32,765 nucleotides of DNA from Planctomycetota bacterium (GTDB taxonomy: Bacteria > Planctomycetota > B15-G4 > JADJEK01): positions 1-32,765 of the forward strand of contig JBGAIQ010000059.1 in the NCBI GenBank assembly GCA_044225365.1, given 5' to 3'. The notes beneath the pieces were generated by a model, which was not told the DNA's origin, did no database searches, and worked only from the letters and a program-made list of their open reading frames with translations. Shown in pieces: positions 15,721 to 24,284 of this stretch; position 1 is the first letter of the stretch, and each line of letters opens with the position of its first letter. Made by a program: the position numbers and the translations under genes.

Positions 15721-18654
15721 ATGGACTTGAAGATCGTCGATCCGGAACTGCCCGACGAACTCCGCGACCTCGTCGCGCGGGCGCTCGATCGGATCGAACA
15801 CGAGGGCGAAGCCGCTCTCGAGGCGATGTGCGAAGAGCATCCGCAGCACGCCGACTCACTGCGTCGGCGGGTCTCCGCGCTGCGCGCGATGGGGCTCGTC
15901 GAGGGCGGGAAGGACAAGCAGTCGTTCCCCGAGAAGCTCGGCGAATTCCGTCTCATCCGTCAACTCGGCGGTGGCGGAATGGGTGTCGTCTACCTCGCCG
16001 AGCAGGGCTCGCTCGGTCGCACCGTCGCGCTGAAACTGATTCGCCCCGAGAACCTCTACTTCCCGGGAGCGCGCGAGCGCTTCAAGCGCGAAGTCGACGC
16101 CGTCGCCAAGCTCCAGCATCCGAGCATCATCCCGATCTACACCGTCGGCGAGGAAGCAGGGATCCCGTACTTCGCGATGGAGCACATCGACGGCAAATCG
16201 CTGTCGCAGTGCATCGCAGCCTTTCGCACTCGCGACATCACCACGATCACCGCGGACGAAGTGAGGCGGTTCGTCGCGGGGAAGGACTCGAACGAAGCGA
16301 GCGGCGTGCGCGATGCGACCTCCGGAGTGTCGTCCGGGACCTCGTCGCACGGCGGATCCGTGCTTCGCGGTCGCTGGGTGCAGATCTGCCTGCGCATCGC
16401 TCGCGAGATGGCGCTCGCTCTCGCTCACGCCCACGAACGCGGCGTGCTCCATCGCGACATCAAGCCGTCGAACGTGATGCTGACGAAGGACGGCCGCGCG
16501 ATGCTCCTCGACTTCGGCCTCGCGATGTCGCAGGACGCCACGCGTCTCACGCGATCGGGCGCGCTCGTCGGGTCGATGCCCTACATGGCGCCCGAGCAGG
16601 TGCAAGGCCGTCTCGACGACATCGGGCCGTGCACCGATGTGTACTCGCTCGGCGTGACGCTCTACGAACTGCTGACTCTGCGCTTGCCGTACGCGAATTC
16701 GGTCGCCGACGAACTGCAGCGCGCGATCGTCGACGGCCAGCCCGAGACGCTCTCCGCGCTCAATCCCGCTATCCCGTGGGACGTGGAGACCGTGTGCCTC
16801 ACCGCGATGGACGCCGATCCGCGGCGCCGTTATCCGTCGGCGGAGAGCTTCGCGCGCGATCTCACGAACCTCCTCGAACTGCGACCGATCGAAGCGCGCC
16901 GCGCCGGACCGATCCTCCGCATGCGACGATTCGTGCAGCGGCATCCCGCGGCGTCGATCGGTGGAGCGCTCGGTCTGCTCATCCTCATCGGAGGCCCGCT
17001 CGTCTACGGCGTGCTCGAGCACAACAAGCGTCTCGAAATCGGGAAGCTGAACTCGAAGCTGAAGTCGGCCGTCGCAACCGCGACGAGCGAGCGCGAGCGC
17101 GCGGACAAGAGTGCCGACCTGGCGCTCGAGGCGATCGACCGCATGTTGACGGAGGTGGGGGACACCGCGCTCTCCGACGTTCCGTTGATGGAAGGCGTGC
17201 GCCGCCGATTGCTCGAGCAGGCGCTCACGATGTATCAGACGTTCGCGGCGGAACGGAGCGACGATATCGCCGTTGGCCAGCGCGTCGCGACGGCGTTCGC
17301 CAAGTTGGGACACATCCAGAGTCTGCTCGGACGCGGCGAAGACGCACAGATCAGTCTCCGCGAAGCAGTCACGCGGCTCTCCGATCTAGCGAAGCGTGAC
17401 AAATCCGATCGCGCCAAACTCGCCGTGGTCCATGCTCGCGTCGAATTGTGCGGCAATTTGCAGGAGGCCGGAAAGCTGAAGGAAGCCGACGTCGAGATCG
17501 ACGCCATTTTCGAACTGCTCGCGAAGATTCCCGATTCATCGCCTCTCGCGGACTCGTTCGCGATCGAGCACGGAAGAGTGCTTCACCACAAGGGGACTCT
17601 CGCGGCGCTGCGGGGAGATCGTGGAGGCGCCGAGAAGTTGTTCCGCGAGGCGACGACGCGTGCGAGCACGGTCGACCCGAAGGACATCGACGCCGCGATC
17701 GCCAAGGCCACGTGGTGGAACGACATCGGTCTCTCGATCCTTGGCGGTGAGAACGCATATCCCGCTCGCGAGAGCGAGATCGAGGATGCCTTCCAACATG
17801 CGCTCGCGACTCTCGAAGCATTGGATCCGAAGGATCGCGAGCGCAGCGATGTCCGAATCGGTCACGCGACCGTGCTCCAGGACCTCGCTGGCCACTATCG
17901 TCGTGCGAACGAGTACGACGAGTCCGCGAAGCGTTACGGCGAGGCGCTGGCGGAACTCAGCGATGTCGTCGCGGCGCACCCCGAACGCATCGAGAGCCGC
18001 ATCCAAATCGCGACGGTGCTGAACAACCTCGGGCTTCTCGCGGAGCAGCGCGGTCAACTCGAGGAGTGCGAGAAGAACTACTCCCAAGCCGTCGACCGTC
18101 TCGTCGAACTCACGAAGGCGGTGCCGACCTCGGCGGAATTGACCGAGCGGGTCGGCATCAGTTGGATGAATCTCGCGCACTGCGCGGGAGTGCAGCAACA
18201 GGGGGAGGTGGAGATCGAGCGACTCACGAAGGCTTGCGAATTCGTGCGGCGGGCGATCCAGATCAGTCCCGAGAATCCGTCCTACCGCGGAACGCTGGTC
18301 AGCGCGCTCGGCGGAATGATCCAAGCGCACCTCAGATTGGGGCACCACCAGGACGCATTCGCCGCGATCATCGAGTTCCAGGCGACGCGACCCGAGAGCG
18401 GCTCGCACTCCATCCGAGCGACGGTGTACCTCGCGGGATGCTGCAAGGCCGCGGCGCTCGATCCCGATCTCGACGACGCGAAGCAGGCCGAGGTCTGCGA
18501 GACCTACGCGAAGAAGGCGTGCGAGTTCGTGCGCCACGCGAAGGAGTTGGATTTCCCCGAACTCGCCGTCGTCGCGACGAAGCCCGAGTTCCAGCCGCTG
18601 CGCGACACGCAGGCGTTCGCGGCACTCCTCGTCGAGCTCGACCTCGCGAAGTGA
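15721..18654 (+). CDS. Hanks-type Ser/Thr protein kinase with one TM helix and a C-terminal TPR region
   Basis: GGGGMGVVY, VALK, HRDIKPSN, DFGLA, YMAPE, DVYSLG. TM AASIGGALGLLILIGGPLVYGVL followed by TPR-like helices. Confidence 0.95.
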   Translation: MDLKIVDPELPDELRDLVARALDRIEHEGEAALEAMCEEHPQHADSLRRRVSALRAMGLVEGGKDKQSFPEKLGEFRLIRQLGGGGMGVVYLAEQGSLGRTVALKLIRPENLYFPGARERFKREVDAVAKLQHPSIIPIYTVGEEAGIPYFAMEHIDGKSLSQCIAAFRTRDITTITADEVRRFVAGKDSNEASGVRDATSGVSSGTSSHGGSVLRGRWVQICLRIAREMALALAHAHERGVLHRDIKPSNVMLTKDGRAMLLDFGLAMSQDATRLTRSGALVGSMPYMAPEQVQGRLDDIGPCTDVYSLGVTLYELLTLRLPYANSVADELQRAIVDGQPETLSALNPAIPWDVETVCLTAMDADPRRRYPSAESFARDLTNLLELRPIEARRAGPILRMRRFVQRHPAASIGGALGLLILIGGPLVYGVLEHNKRLEIGKLNSKLKSAVATATSERERADKSADLALEAIDRMLTEVGDTALSDVPLMEGVRRRLLEQALTMYQTFAAERSDDIAVGQRVATAFAKLGHIQSLLGRGEDAQISLREAVTRLSDLAKRDKSDRAKLAVVHARVELCGNLQEAGKLKEADVEIDAIFELLAKIPDSSPLADSFAIEHGRVLHHKGTLAALRGDRGGAEKLFREATTRASTVDPKDIDAAIAKATWWNDIGLSILGGENAYPARESEIEDAFQHALATLEALDPKDRERSDVRIGHATVLQDLAGHYRRANEYDESAKRYGEALAELSDVVAAHPERIESRIQIATVLNNLGLLAEQRGQLEECEKNYSQAVDRLVELTKAVPTSAELTERVGISWMNLAHCAGVQQQGEVEIERLTKACEFVRRAIQISPENPSYRGTLVSALGGMIQAHLRLGHHQDAFAAIIEFQATRPESGSHSIRATVYLAGCCKAAALDPDLDDAKQAEVCETYAKKACEFVRHAKELDFPELAVVATKPEFQPLRDTQAFAALLVELDLAK

Positions 18655-18807
18655 GCGCGCGAAAGCAGATTGCGAACCCGCGACGCGCGGCGCGAAGAAT
18701 CGTGCGGAAACTTCGCTTCTCGCAACGTGACTCTGGGACCGGGCGCTCCGCCTTAGTACAGTACGACCGCCGAACCGCGGAGGGTCCGCAGAGTCAGCGA
18801 GCCGGTC

Positions 18808-21627
18808 ATGGCCAGAGCTAGTTCGTCGGCGCCTTGGGCGCCGACCGTCGCAGATCGCGTTCGCGAGGTCTGTGGTTACGTCGTATTCGCCGCGGCGACT
18901 TTCCTCGTCATCGCGTGCGCCTCCTATGTCGATCGCGACTCGCCCGGCGCGGCCGCCGGTCTTGCGAACCGTTGCGGCGCCACGGGCTACAAGATCGCCC
19001 GGGTGCTGCTCTTCGACTTTGGATACGGCATCTACCTCGGGATCTTCACGCTCTTCGTCTGGGGTCTCGCCCTGGTGTCGGGGCGATCGATCCGGGTGAA
19101 TCCGTTTCGTCTGCTCTGGCTCGGGTTCTTCCTGTTCAGCGCCTCGGCGCTCGTCAGCGACCTCGAACTGAAGCAGACGACGACGCTGCCCGATCCCGGC
19201 GGACTCGTCGGTCACGAGATCGCCCGCTACGTCGAACTCGGCCTCGGATTCGGCACATGGGGGACGAAGATCGTGCTGCTGGTCGCGGCGCTGATCTCCT
19301 TCCAACTCGCGACCGACTTCGTGCTCTTCACCATGCTGCGGGCGATGCGGGACTTCCTGGCCCGTCGCGGTGAACAGGCGGGCGTGGCCTTCGAGCGCGT
19401 CGGACCCATGTTCAAAGCACTCCTCGTTCGCAACGAACCGGCACCCGCGAAGCCGAGGGTTCGGGCGGGGAAGGTCGAGATCGCGGTCACCGACGAGGAG
19501 GTCGAAGGCTTCCCCGCTGCGGGCCAGGGCGCTCCGGGCGAGAAGGGCAAGCGCGGCAAGAAGGACGACCCCGCGTCCGACAAGAACGCTCCGAACAAGC
19601 CCGCCGACGCCGAAGCGGTGAAGCCGCCGAAGCCCTCGAAACCGCCCAAGGCGATGGTGGAGTCGCCTTCGGGCGACCTCACGAAGGTCGATCCCGAGGA
19701 GGTCGTCCTCGCCGCGGCTGCGCTCGCGAACAGCGAAGCGGCGAACGGCAAGGGGGCGCCGAAGGGCGCCAAGGGCCAAAAGGGCGCGAAGGAGGGCGAA
19801 AAGCCCGAGATCGCCGCTGCGGCGAGCGATGCGGGTGCCAACCTTCCGCCTGCCAAGACGGAGAAGCTCGACAAGAACGAGAAGAACGGCAAGAAGGCGA
19901 AGGAGCCGCTGCCGGACGAGGACGCCACCGACGATCCCGATTCGGGGCCGCCGCTCGAACTCCCGCGCCTCGATCCCCCTCCGATCCTCGCCGAGGATCC
20001 CGACGCCGAGGTCGTTCCGCCGCCGAAGGAGACCCGCGATCGCAAGCCGACCGCGAAGATCCACCTCGAGCCGCCGAAGGCGAAGATGCCGCGTTCGGCC
20101 GGATTCGAGAACGAGACGACGATCTTCTCGGCGCCGCCCGAGAACTCGATGCACGCCAAGGTCGAGTATCAATTTCCGTCGATCAACCTCCTGGAAGATC
20201 CGCACCCGATCAACCCGAAGGAATTCCAGAAGATGATCGAGGGGATGTCCGGCATCCTCGAGTCGTCGCTGCGTTCCTACAAGGTCGATGCATCGGTCGT
20301 GGAGATCCAGAAGGGGCCCGTGATCACGATGTTCGAGATCAACGTGGCCGAGGGCACGCGCGTCGACCGCATTCGCGCCCTCGAAGACGATCTCGCGATC
20401 CGGTTGAAGGTGCCGTCGGTGCGCATCGTGGCGCCGATCCCGGGCAAGTCGACGATCGGCATCGAGGTCCCGAATCGCATCCGCGAGACGGTCTGCCTTC
20501 GCGAACTCATCACGGCGCCCGAGTACAACTCCGCGAACTTCGCGATCCCGCTCTTCCTCGGCAAGGACGCGGCCGGCCGTGCCCTCATCGAGGATCTCGC
20601 GAAGATGCCGCACCTGCTCGTCGCCGGCGCGACCGGTGCCGGCAAGTCGGTGTGCCTCAACTCGATCATCATGTCGATCCTGTTCTCGCGCACGCCGGAC
20701 CAGTGCAAGATGATCCTGATCGACCCGAAGATGGTCGAGCTCTCGCTGTTCGAGAACATCCCGCACCTCGCGTGTCCCGTCGTCCGCGACATGAATCGCG
20801 CCGCGCAGATCCTCGAGTGGGCGTGTCAGAAGATGGACGAGCGATACGAGATCATGGCCGAGGTCGGCGCTCGTAACATCTTCGCTTACAACAAGATATC
20901 GGATCAAGAGAAGCGCACGAAGCTGTCGATCGCGGACGACGACGAGACGTTCGAGCCGAAGATGCCGTTCATCGTCATCGTCGTCGACGAGCTCGCCGAC
21001 CTGATGATGGTGTCCGCGAAGGACGTCGAGAACTCGATCACCCGCCTCGCGCAGAAGTCGCGCGCGGTCGGAATCCACATCATCCTCGCGACGCAACGTC
21101 CGTCGACGAACGTCATCACGGGTCTGATCAAGGCCAACTTGCCGACCCGCATCTCGTTCCAGGTCGCTTCGAAGATCGACTCCCGCGTCGTTCTCGACCA
21201 GAACGGAGCGGAGAAGTTGCTCGGGTTCGGCGACATGCTCTACCTGCCCCCGCGCACCTCGATGCTCGCTCGCGGGCAAGGCGCGTTCGTCGCCGACGAC
21301 GAGATTCGCAAGACGGTCGACTGCATCAAGGTCCAACAGCCGCAGTACGCCCGCGATCTGATCCAGCGCGAACAGCGGTCGGAGGTCGATCCGCTCGAGA
21401 TCGACGAACTCTACGGCGAGGCCGTCCGCTTCGTCTGTGAGACGAAGCGCGGCTCGGCTTCGCTGCTGCAGCGCCGCTTCTCGATCGGGTACACGCGGGC
21501 CTCGCGGCTGATCGATCTGATGGCGGGCGACGGCGTCCTCGGCGAGTACAAGAACGCCCAGGCTCGCGAAGTCCTGATGACCCTCGAGGAATACGAGGAC
21601 CGGCAGGAGAAGCGGGCCGAAGGCTGA
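18808..21627 (+). CDS. ftsK: DNA translocase FtsK (4TM domain, long linker, alpha/beta motor, gamma domain)
   Basis: GPVITMFE, APIPGKSTIGIEVPN, KMPHLLVAGATGAGKS (Walker A), LIDPKMVEL, IVIVVDELADLMM (Walker B), LATQRPS, gamma SASLLQRRFSIGYTRASRLID. Confidence 0.97.
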   Translation: MARASSSAPWAPTVADRVREVCGYVVFAAATFLVIACASYVDRDSPGAAAGLANRCGATGYKIARVLLFDFGYGIYLGIFTLFVWGLALVSGRSIRVNPFRLLWLGFFLFSASALVSDLELKQTTTLPDPGGLVGHEIARYVELGLGFGTWGTKIVLLVAALISFQLATDFVLFTMLRAMRDFLARRGEQAGVAFERVGPMFKALLVRNEPAPAKPRVRAGKVEIAVTDEEVEGFPAAGQGAPGEKGKRGKKDDPASDKNAPNKPADAEAVKPPKPSKPPKAMVESPSGDLTKVDPEEVVLAAAALANSEAANGKGAPKGAKGQKGAKEGEKPEIAAAASDAGANLPPAKTEKLDKNEKNGKKAKEPLPDEDATDDPDSGPPLELPRLDPPPILAEDPDAEVVPPPKETRDRKPTAKIHLEPPKAKMPRSAGFENETTIFSAPPENSMHAKVEYQFPSINLLEDPHPINPKEFQKMIEGMSGILESSLRSYKVDASVVEIQKGPVITMFEINVAEGTRVDRIRALEDDLAIRLKVPSVRIVAPIPGKSTIGIEVPNRIRETVCLRELITAPEYNSANFAIPLFLGKDAAGRALIEDLAKMPHLLVAGATGAGKSVCLNSIIMSILFSRTPDQCKMILIDPKMVELSLFENIPHLACPVVRDMNRAAQILEWACQKMDERYEIMAEVGARNIFAYNKISDQEKRTKLSIADDDETFEPKMPFIVIVVDELADLMMVSAKDVENSITRLAQKSRAVGIHIILATQRPSTNVITGLIKANLPTRISFQVASKIDSRVVLDQNGAEKLLGFGDMLYLPPRTSMLARGQGAFVADDEIRKTVDCIKVQQPQYARDLIQREQRSEVDPLEIDELYGEAVRFVCETKRGSASLLQRRFSIGYTRASRLIDLMAGDGVLGEYKNAQAREVLMTLEEYEDRQEKRAEG

Positions 21628-21798
21628 CGATTCCGGGTGTTCTCGCGGTTCTTTCGCGGTAGTTCGATCGGTACGATCTGGAAGCGTCCAAGGCGCGATC
21701 GACGGCGGGAGTCCGCCGTCGCACGATTACGATGAATCGAAACGTAGTGCGTTCGTCACGCGCAGCACGTCGCGTGATCTGGTGAACGGGAGCATGCA

Positions 21799-23478
21799 AT
21801 GATCTCCACTCTCGCGATGGGAGACCTGTCGGAATCACCACTCGGTCCGGCGCCGACGCTCCTCGGTATCGCCATCGCGGGTTACTGGGCGTGGGCGCTG
21901 ATCAAGAACTACCCGCTCACGAAGCCGCTGATGCGACTCATCGGCGTCGTGCTCTTCGTCTTCTCGCTCTCGCTCGTGCTCGGATTCAATCCGCCCTCGT
22001 ACGAGACGCAAGGCGGCTACGGCGGCCTCATCGGCCGCTGGATCGCCGACCGCATCCACTCGCACGGCTCGTCGGTGCTGAACGTCTCCGTCGTGATGAT
22101 GCTTCTCGTCGCCGTCCTCGGTTCGCTCGTGCTCGCGACCGAATGGTTCTTCATTCCGATCATGTTCCGACTGCAGGAAGCAGCGCAGCGCGCGGCCGCA
22201 GGACTCTCGGGAATGACGCCCGCCGTTGCCGGCGCCCATCGAATGGGCGGCGCTGGTGGACTCGGCGGAATGCGGCGCATGAGCGTCGAAGAGGACTCGA
22301 CGGCCGATCCCACCGTTCCTCCGGGATCCTACGGCGGCGTCTCCGCGCTCGACGAGGAGAACGAGCCGCGCGGTTCGTTCGGAACCTCGTTCGAAGCCCC
22401 GACGGACGAGATCGTCGGCCGACTCGGTGGCGAGAGTGGGGCACGTGAGGGCGAGACGATCGAGCCCGGCGAGGCCGGCGACGACCCGAACGTGCCTTGG
22501 TACGCGCGGCGTCGCGCTCGCCGTGAGGCCCAGCGGGCCGAGCGGGAGGCCAAGGAAGCTTCCGGCGGCAACGATGCCGAATCCGCGTCGGCGGACGATG
22601 CCCCGCCCACGGAGGAACCGGTTGCGGAGAGCGCGACGGAGTCGACATTGCGCCGCTGGCGCGCTCGTCATCGCATCGAAACTCCTGAGCACGAGTCGGA
22701 GGCGCCGCGAGCGGAGCCAAGCCCCGAAATCGATCGTGACGACGAGACCCGCGCTCCGGAAGCCGCGAGCACCGATCTCGCGCGCGATTTGAGCTCCGGC
22801 GTCGATAACGCGTTTGACTCCTTCTTCGGCGAAGAGAACCGAGCAGCACCCGCGGCGGAAACGGTCGCGGAGCCCGAAGCGGCAAGCGAGCAGGAGCCTG
22901 TCGCTTCGTCGCCCACGGCGCCGCAAGAGCTCGAAACCGTTCGAAACGACGACGATTTCGCGAGTCTCTTCGCCACGACGGAGAAGGCGATCGGGCATGC
23001 GCCGCCCGCTCCCGAGACTTCGCTCGCGCCGCGCTCCGATTTCGCAGACGAGATCGTCGCGGCGACATCTCCAGTCTCCGCAACGGACGACCGCGCGCCC
23101 ACCGAGAGCCCACCGCCGCTGCCGCAGTCGTCGATGGAATCCGTGGTCGATGCTCCCGTCGAACGCGAGACACCGACCAGCGAGCCCGTCGTCGCGAGCG
23201 TGCCGTCGGAACCCGAACCCGAAGCTGTTTCGTTCGGTCGCACGGTCACGCCCGACGATCCGGAACAACAGCTCTTCCTCGCCGCCGGCGACGCCGTCGT
23301 TTCCGGTCAGCGCGCCTCGATCTCCTTCCTGCAGCGCACGCTTTCGATCGGCTACTTCCAAGCTGCGAAGCTCCTCGATCGCCTCGAGAAGCAAGGCGTG
23401 ATCGGGCCCTACACCGGCGCCGTGAGCCGCAACGTCACGATGGACGCGGCGACCTGGGCGAAGGTCCGGAACGGCTGA
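21799..23478 (+). CDS. Motor-less FtsK paralog: FtsK-like TM region, acidic disordered linker, FtsK gamma domain
   Basis: GGGAG RBS. TM region GGLIGRWIA...LLVAVLGSLVLATEW matches FtsK GGLVGHEIA...LLVAALISFQLATDF. C-terminal ASISFLQRTLSIGYFQAAKLLDRLEKQGVIGP is a gamma winged helix. No Walker A or B. Confidence 0.85.
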   Translation: MISTLAMGDLSESPLGPAPTLLGIAIAGYWAWALIKNYPLTKPLMRLIGVVLFVFSLSLVLGFNPPSYETQGGYGGLIGRWIADRIHSHGSSVLNVSVVMMLLVAVLGSLVLATEWFFIPIMFRLQEAAQRAAAGLSGMTPAVAGAHRMGGAGGLGGMRRMSVEEDSTADPTVPPGSYGGVSALDEENEPRGSFGTSFEAPTDEIVGRLGGESGAREGETIEPGEAGDDPNVPWYARRRARREAQRAEREAKEASGGNDAESASADDAPPTEEPVAESATESTLRRWRARHRIETPEHESEAPRAEPSPEIDRDDETRAPEAASTDLARDLSSGVDNAFDSFFGEENRAAPAAETVAEPEAASEQEPVASSPTAPQELETVRNDDDFASLFATTEKAIGHAPPAPETSLAPRSDFADEIVAATSPVSATDDRAPTESPPPLPQSSMESVVDAPVERETPTSEPVVASVPSEPEPEAVSFGRTVTPDDPEQQLFLAAGDAVVSGQRASISFLQRTLSIGYFQAAKLLDRLEKQGVIGPYTGAVSRNVTMDAATWAKVRNG

Positions 23479-23705
23479 GGAACGCGCTCTCGTGGTGACC
23501 TGAGCGATGCCGTTTCCTGGCACGCTTGGAATCCATCGGCCCCGCGAACGAGGATGAAGCTCCTGGCGCACGTTCGCCATGCGCGCGTCGCGCGCCCCGT
23601 TTCACGCGGCGACGCATGCTCGGGATCCGACTCCCGGTCATCCTTGCCCGCCCGCCGAGGCTCGCGTCGGTTCGACCCTACGTTCTCGTGACGTACAATT
23701 CGGAG

Positions 23706-24275
23706 GTGTTCCTGCCGCAAAGCCACGACGCCACGATCCTGATGAACGCCGCCGCGGAGGGAGACAAGGCCGCGGCCGATCGACTGTTGCCCCTCGTCTA
23801 CGAGCAGCTTCGCGCGGCAGCCTCCCATCGCCTTGCGAACGAACGGCGCGATCACACTCTCTCGGCCACGGCGATCGTCCACGAGGCGTATCTGAAACTC
23901 GTCGGCCCAAGGAACGTGCCGTGGGCGGGGCGCCGCCATTTCTATGCGGCCGCGGCGCAGGCCATGCGGCAGATCCTGATCGACCACGCCCGAGCTCGCG
24001 GAGCGAGCGTGAAACGGACGATTCCGCTCGACGCGATCCCCGACATCGGAACGCTCGCCTCTGCAGATTCCGATCAGATTCTGGCAGTCGACGCCGCCTT
24101 GTCTCGCTTGGAGGGCGACGACCCCGAAGCTGCCGCCATCGTTCGCCTCCGGTTCTACGCCGGCCTCAGCGTCGATGAGGCGGCGGAAGCGCTCGGGGTG
24201 TCGTCCCGAACGGCGGCTCGCCTGTGGTCGTATTCCCGGGTGCTCCTGTTCCGGATGCTGTCTTGCGACTCCTGA
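23706..24275 (+). CDS. ECF sigma factor, TIGR02999 / ECF43-like (kinase-associated)
   Basis: GDKAAADRLLPLVYEQLR, HTLSATAIVHEAYLKL, HFYAAAAQAMRQILIDHAR, VRLRFYAGLSVDEAAEALGVS. Start uncertain: GTG 23706 (6 nt after TACAAT) or CTG 23712 (after GGAGG). Confidence 0.92.
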   Translation: MFLPQSHDATILMNAAAEGDKAAADRLLPLVYEQLRAAASHRLANERRDHTLSATAIVHEAYLKLVGPRNVPWAGRRHFYAAAAQAMRQILIDHARARGASVKRTIPLDAIPDIGTLASADSDQILAVDAALSRLEGDDPEAAAIVRLRFYAGLSVDEAAEALGVSSRTAARLWSYSRVLLFRMLSCDS

Positions 24276-24284
24276 GGCGTGATC

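Noticed and set aside
14454-17399. 981-aa Arg-rich + strand ORF and similar off-frame ORFs (957..2447, 8253..9515)
   Set aside because: Alternative frames overlapping real genes, with the Arg/Pro-rich composition typical of GC-rich off-frame translation.
17536-21336. 1266-aa minus-strand ORF (also 10993..13527 +, 21835..23580 -, 15856..17313 -, 2634..3968 -)
   Set aside because: Antisense shadows of well-supported genes. High GC and codon bias suppress stops, and the translations have no recognisable motifs.
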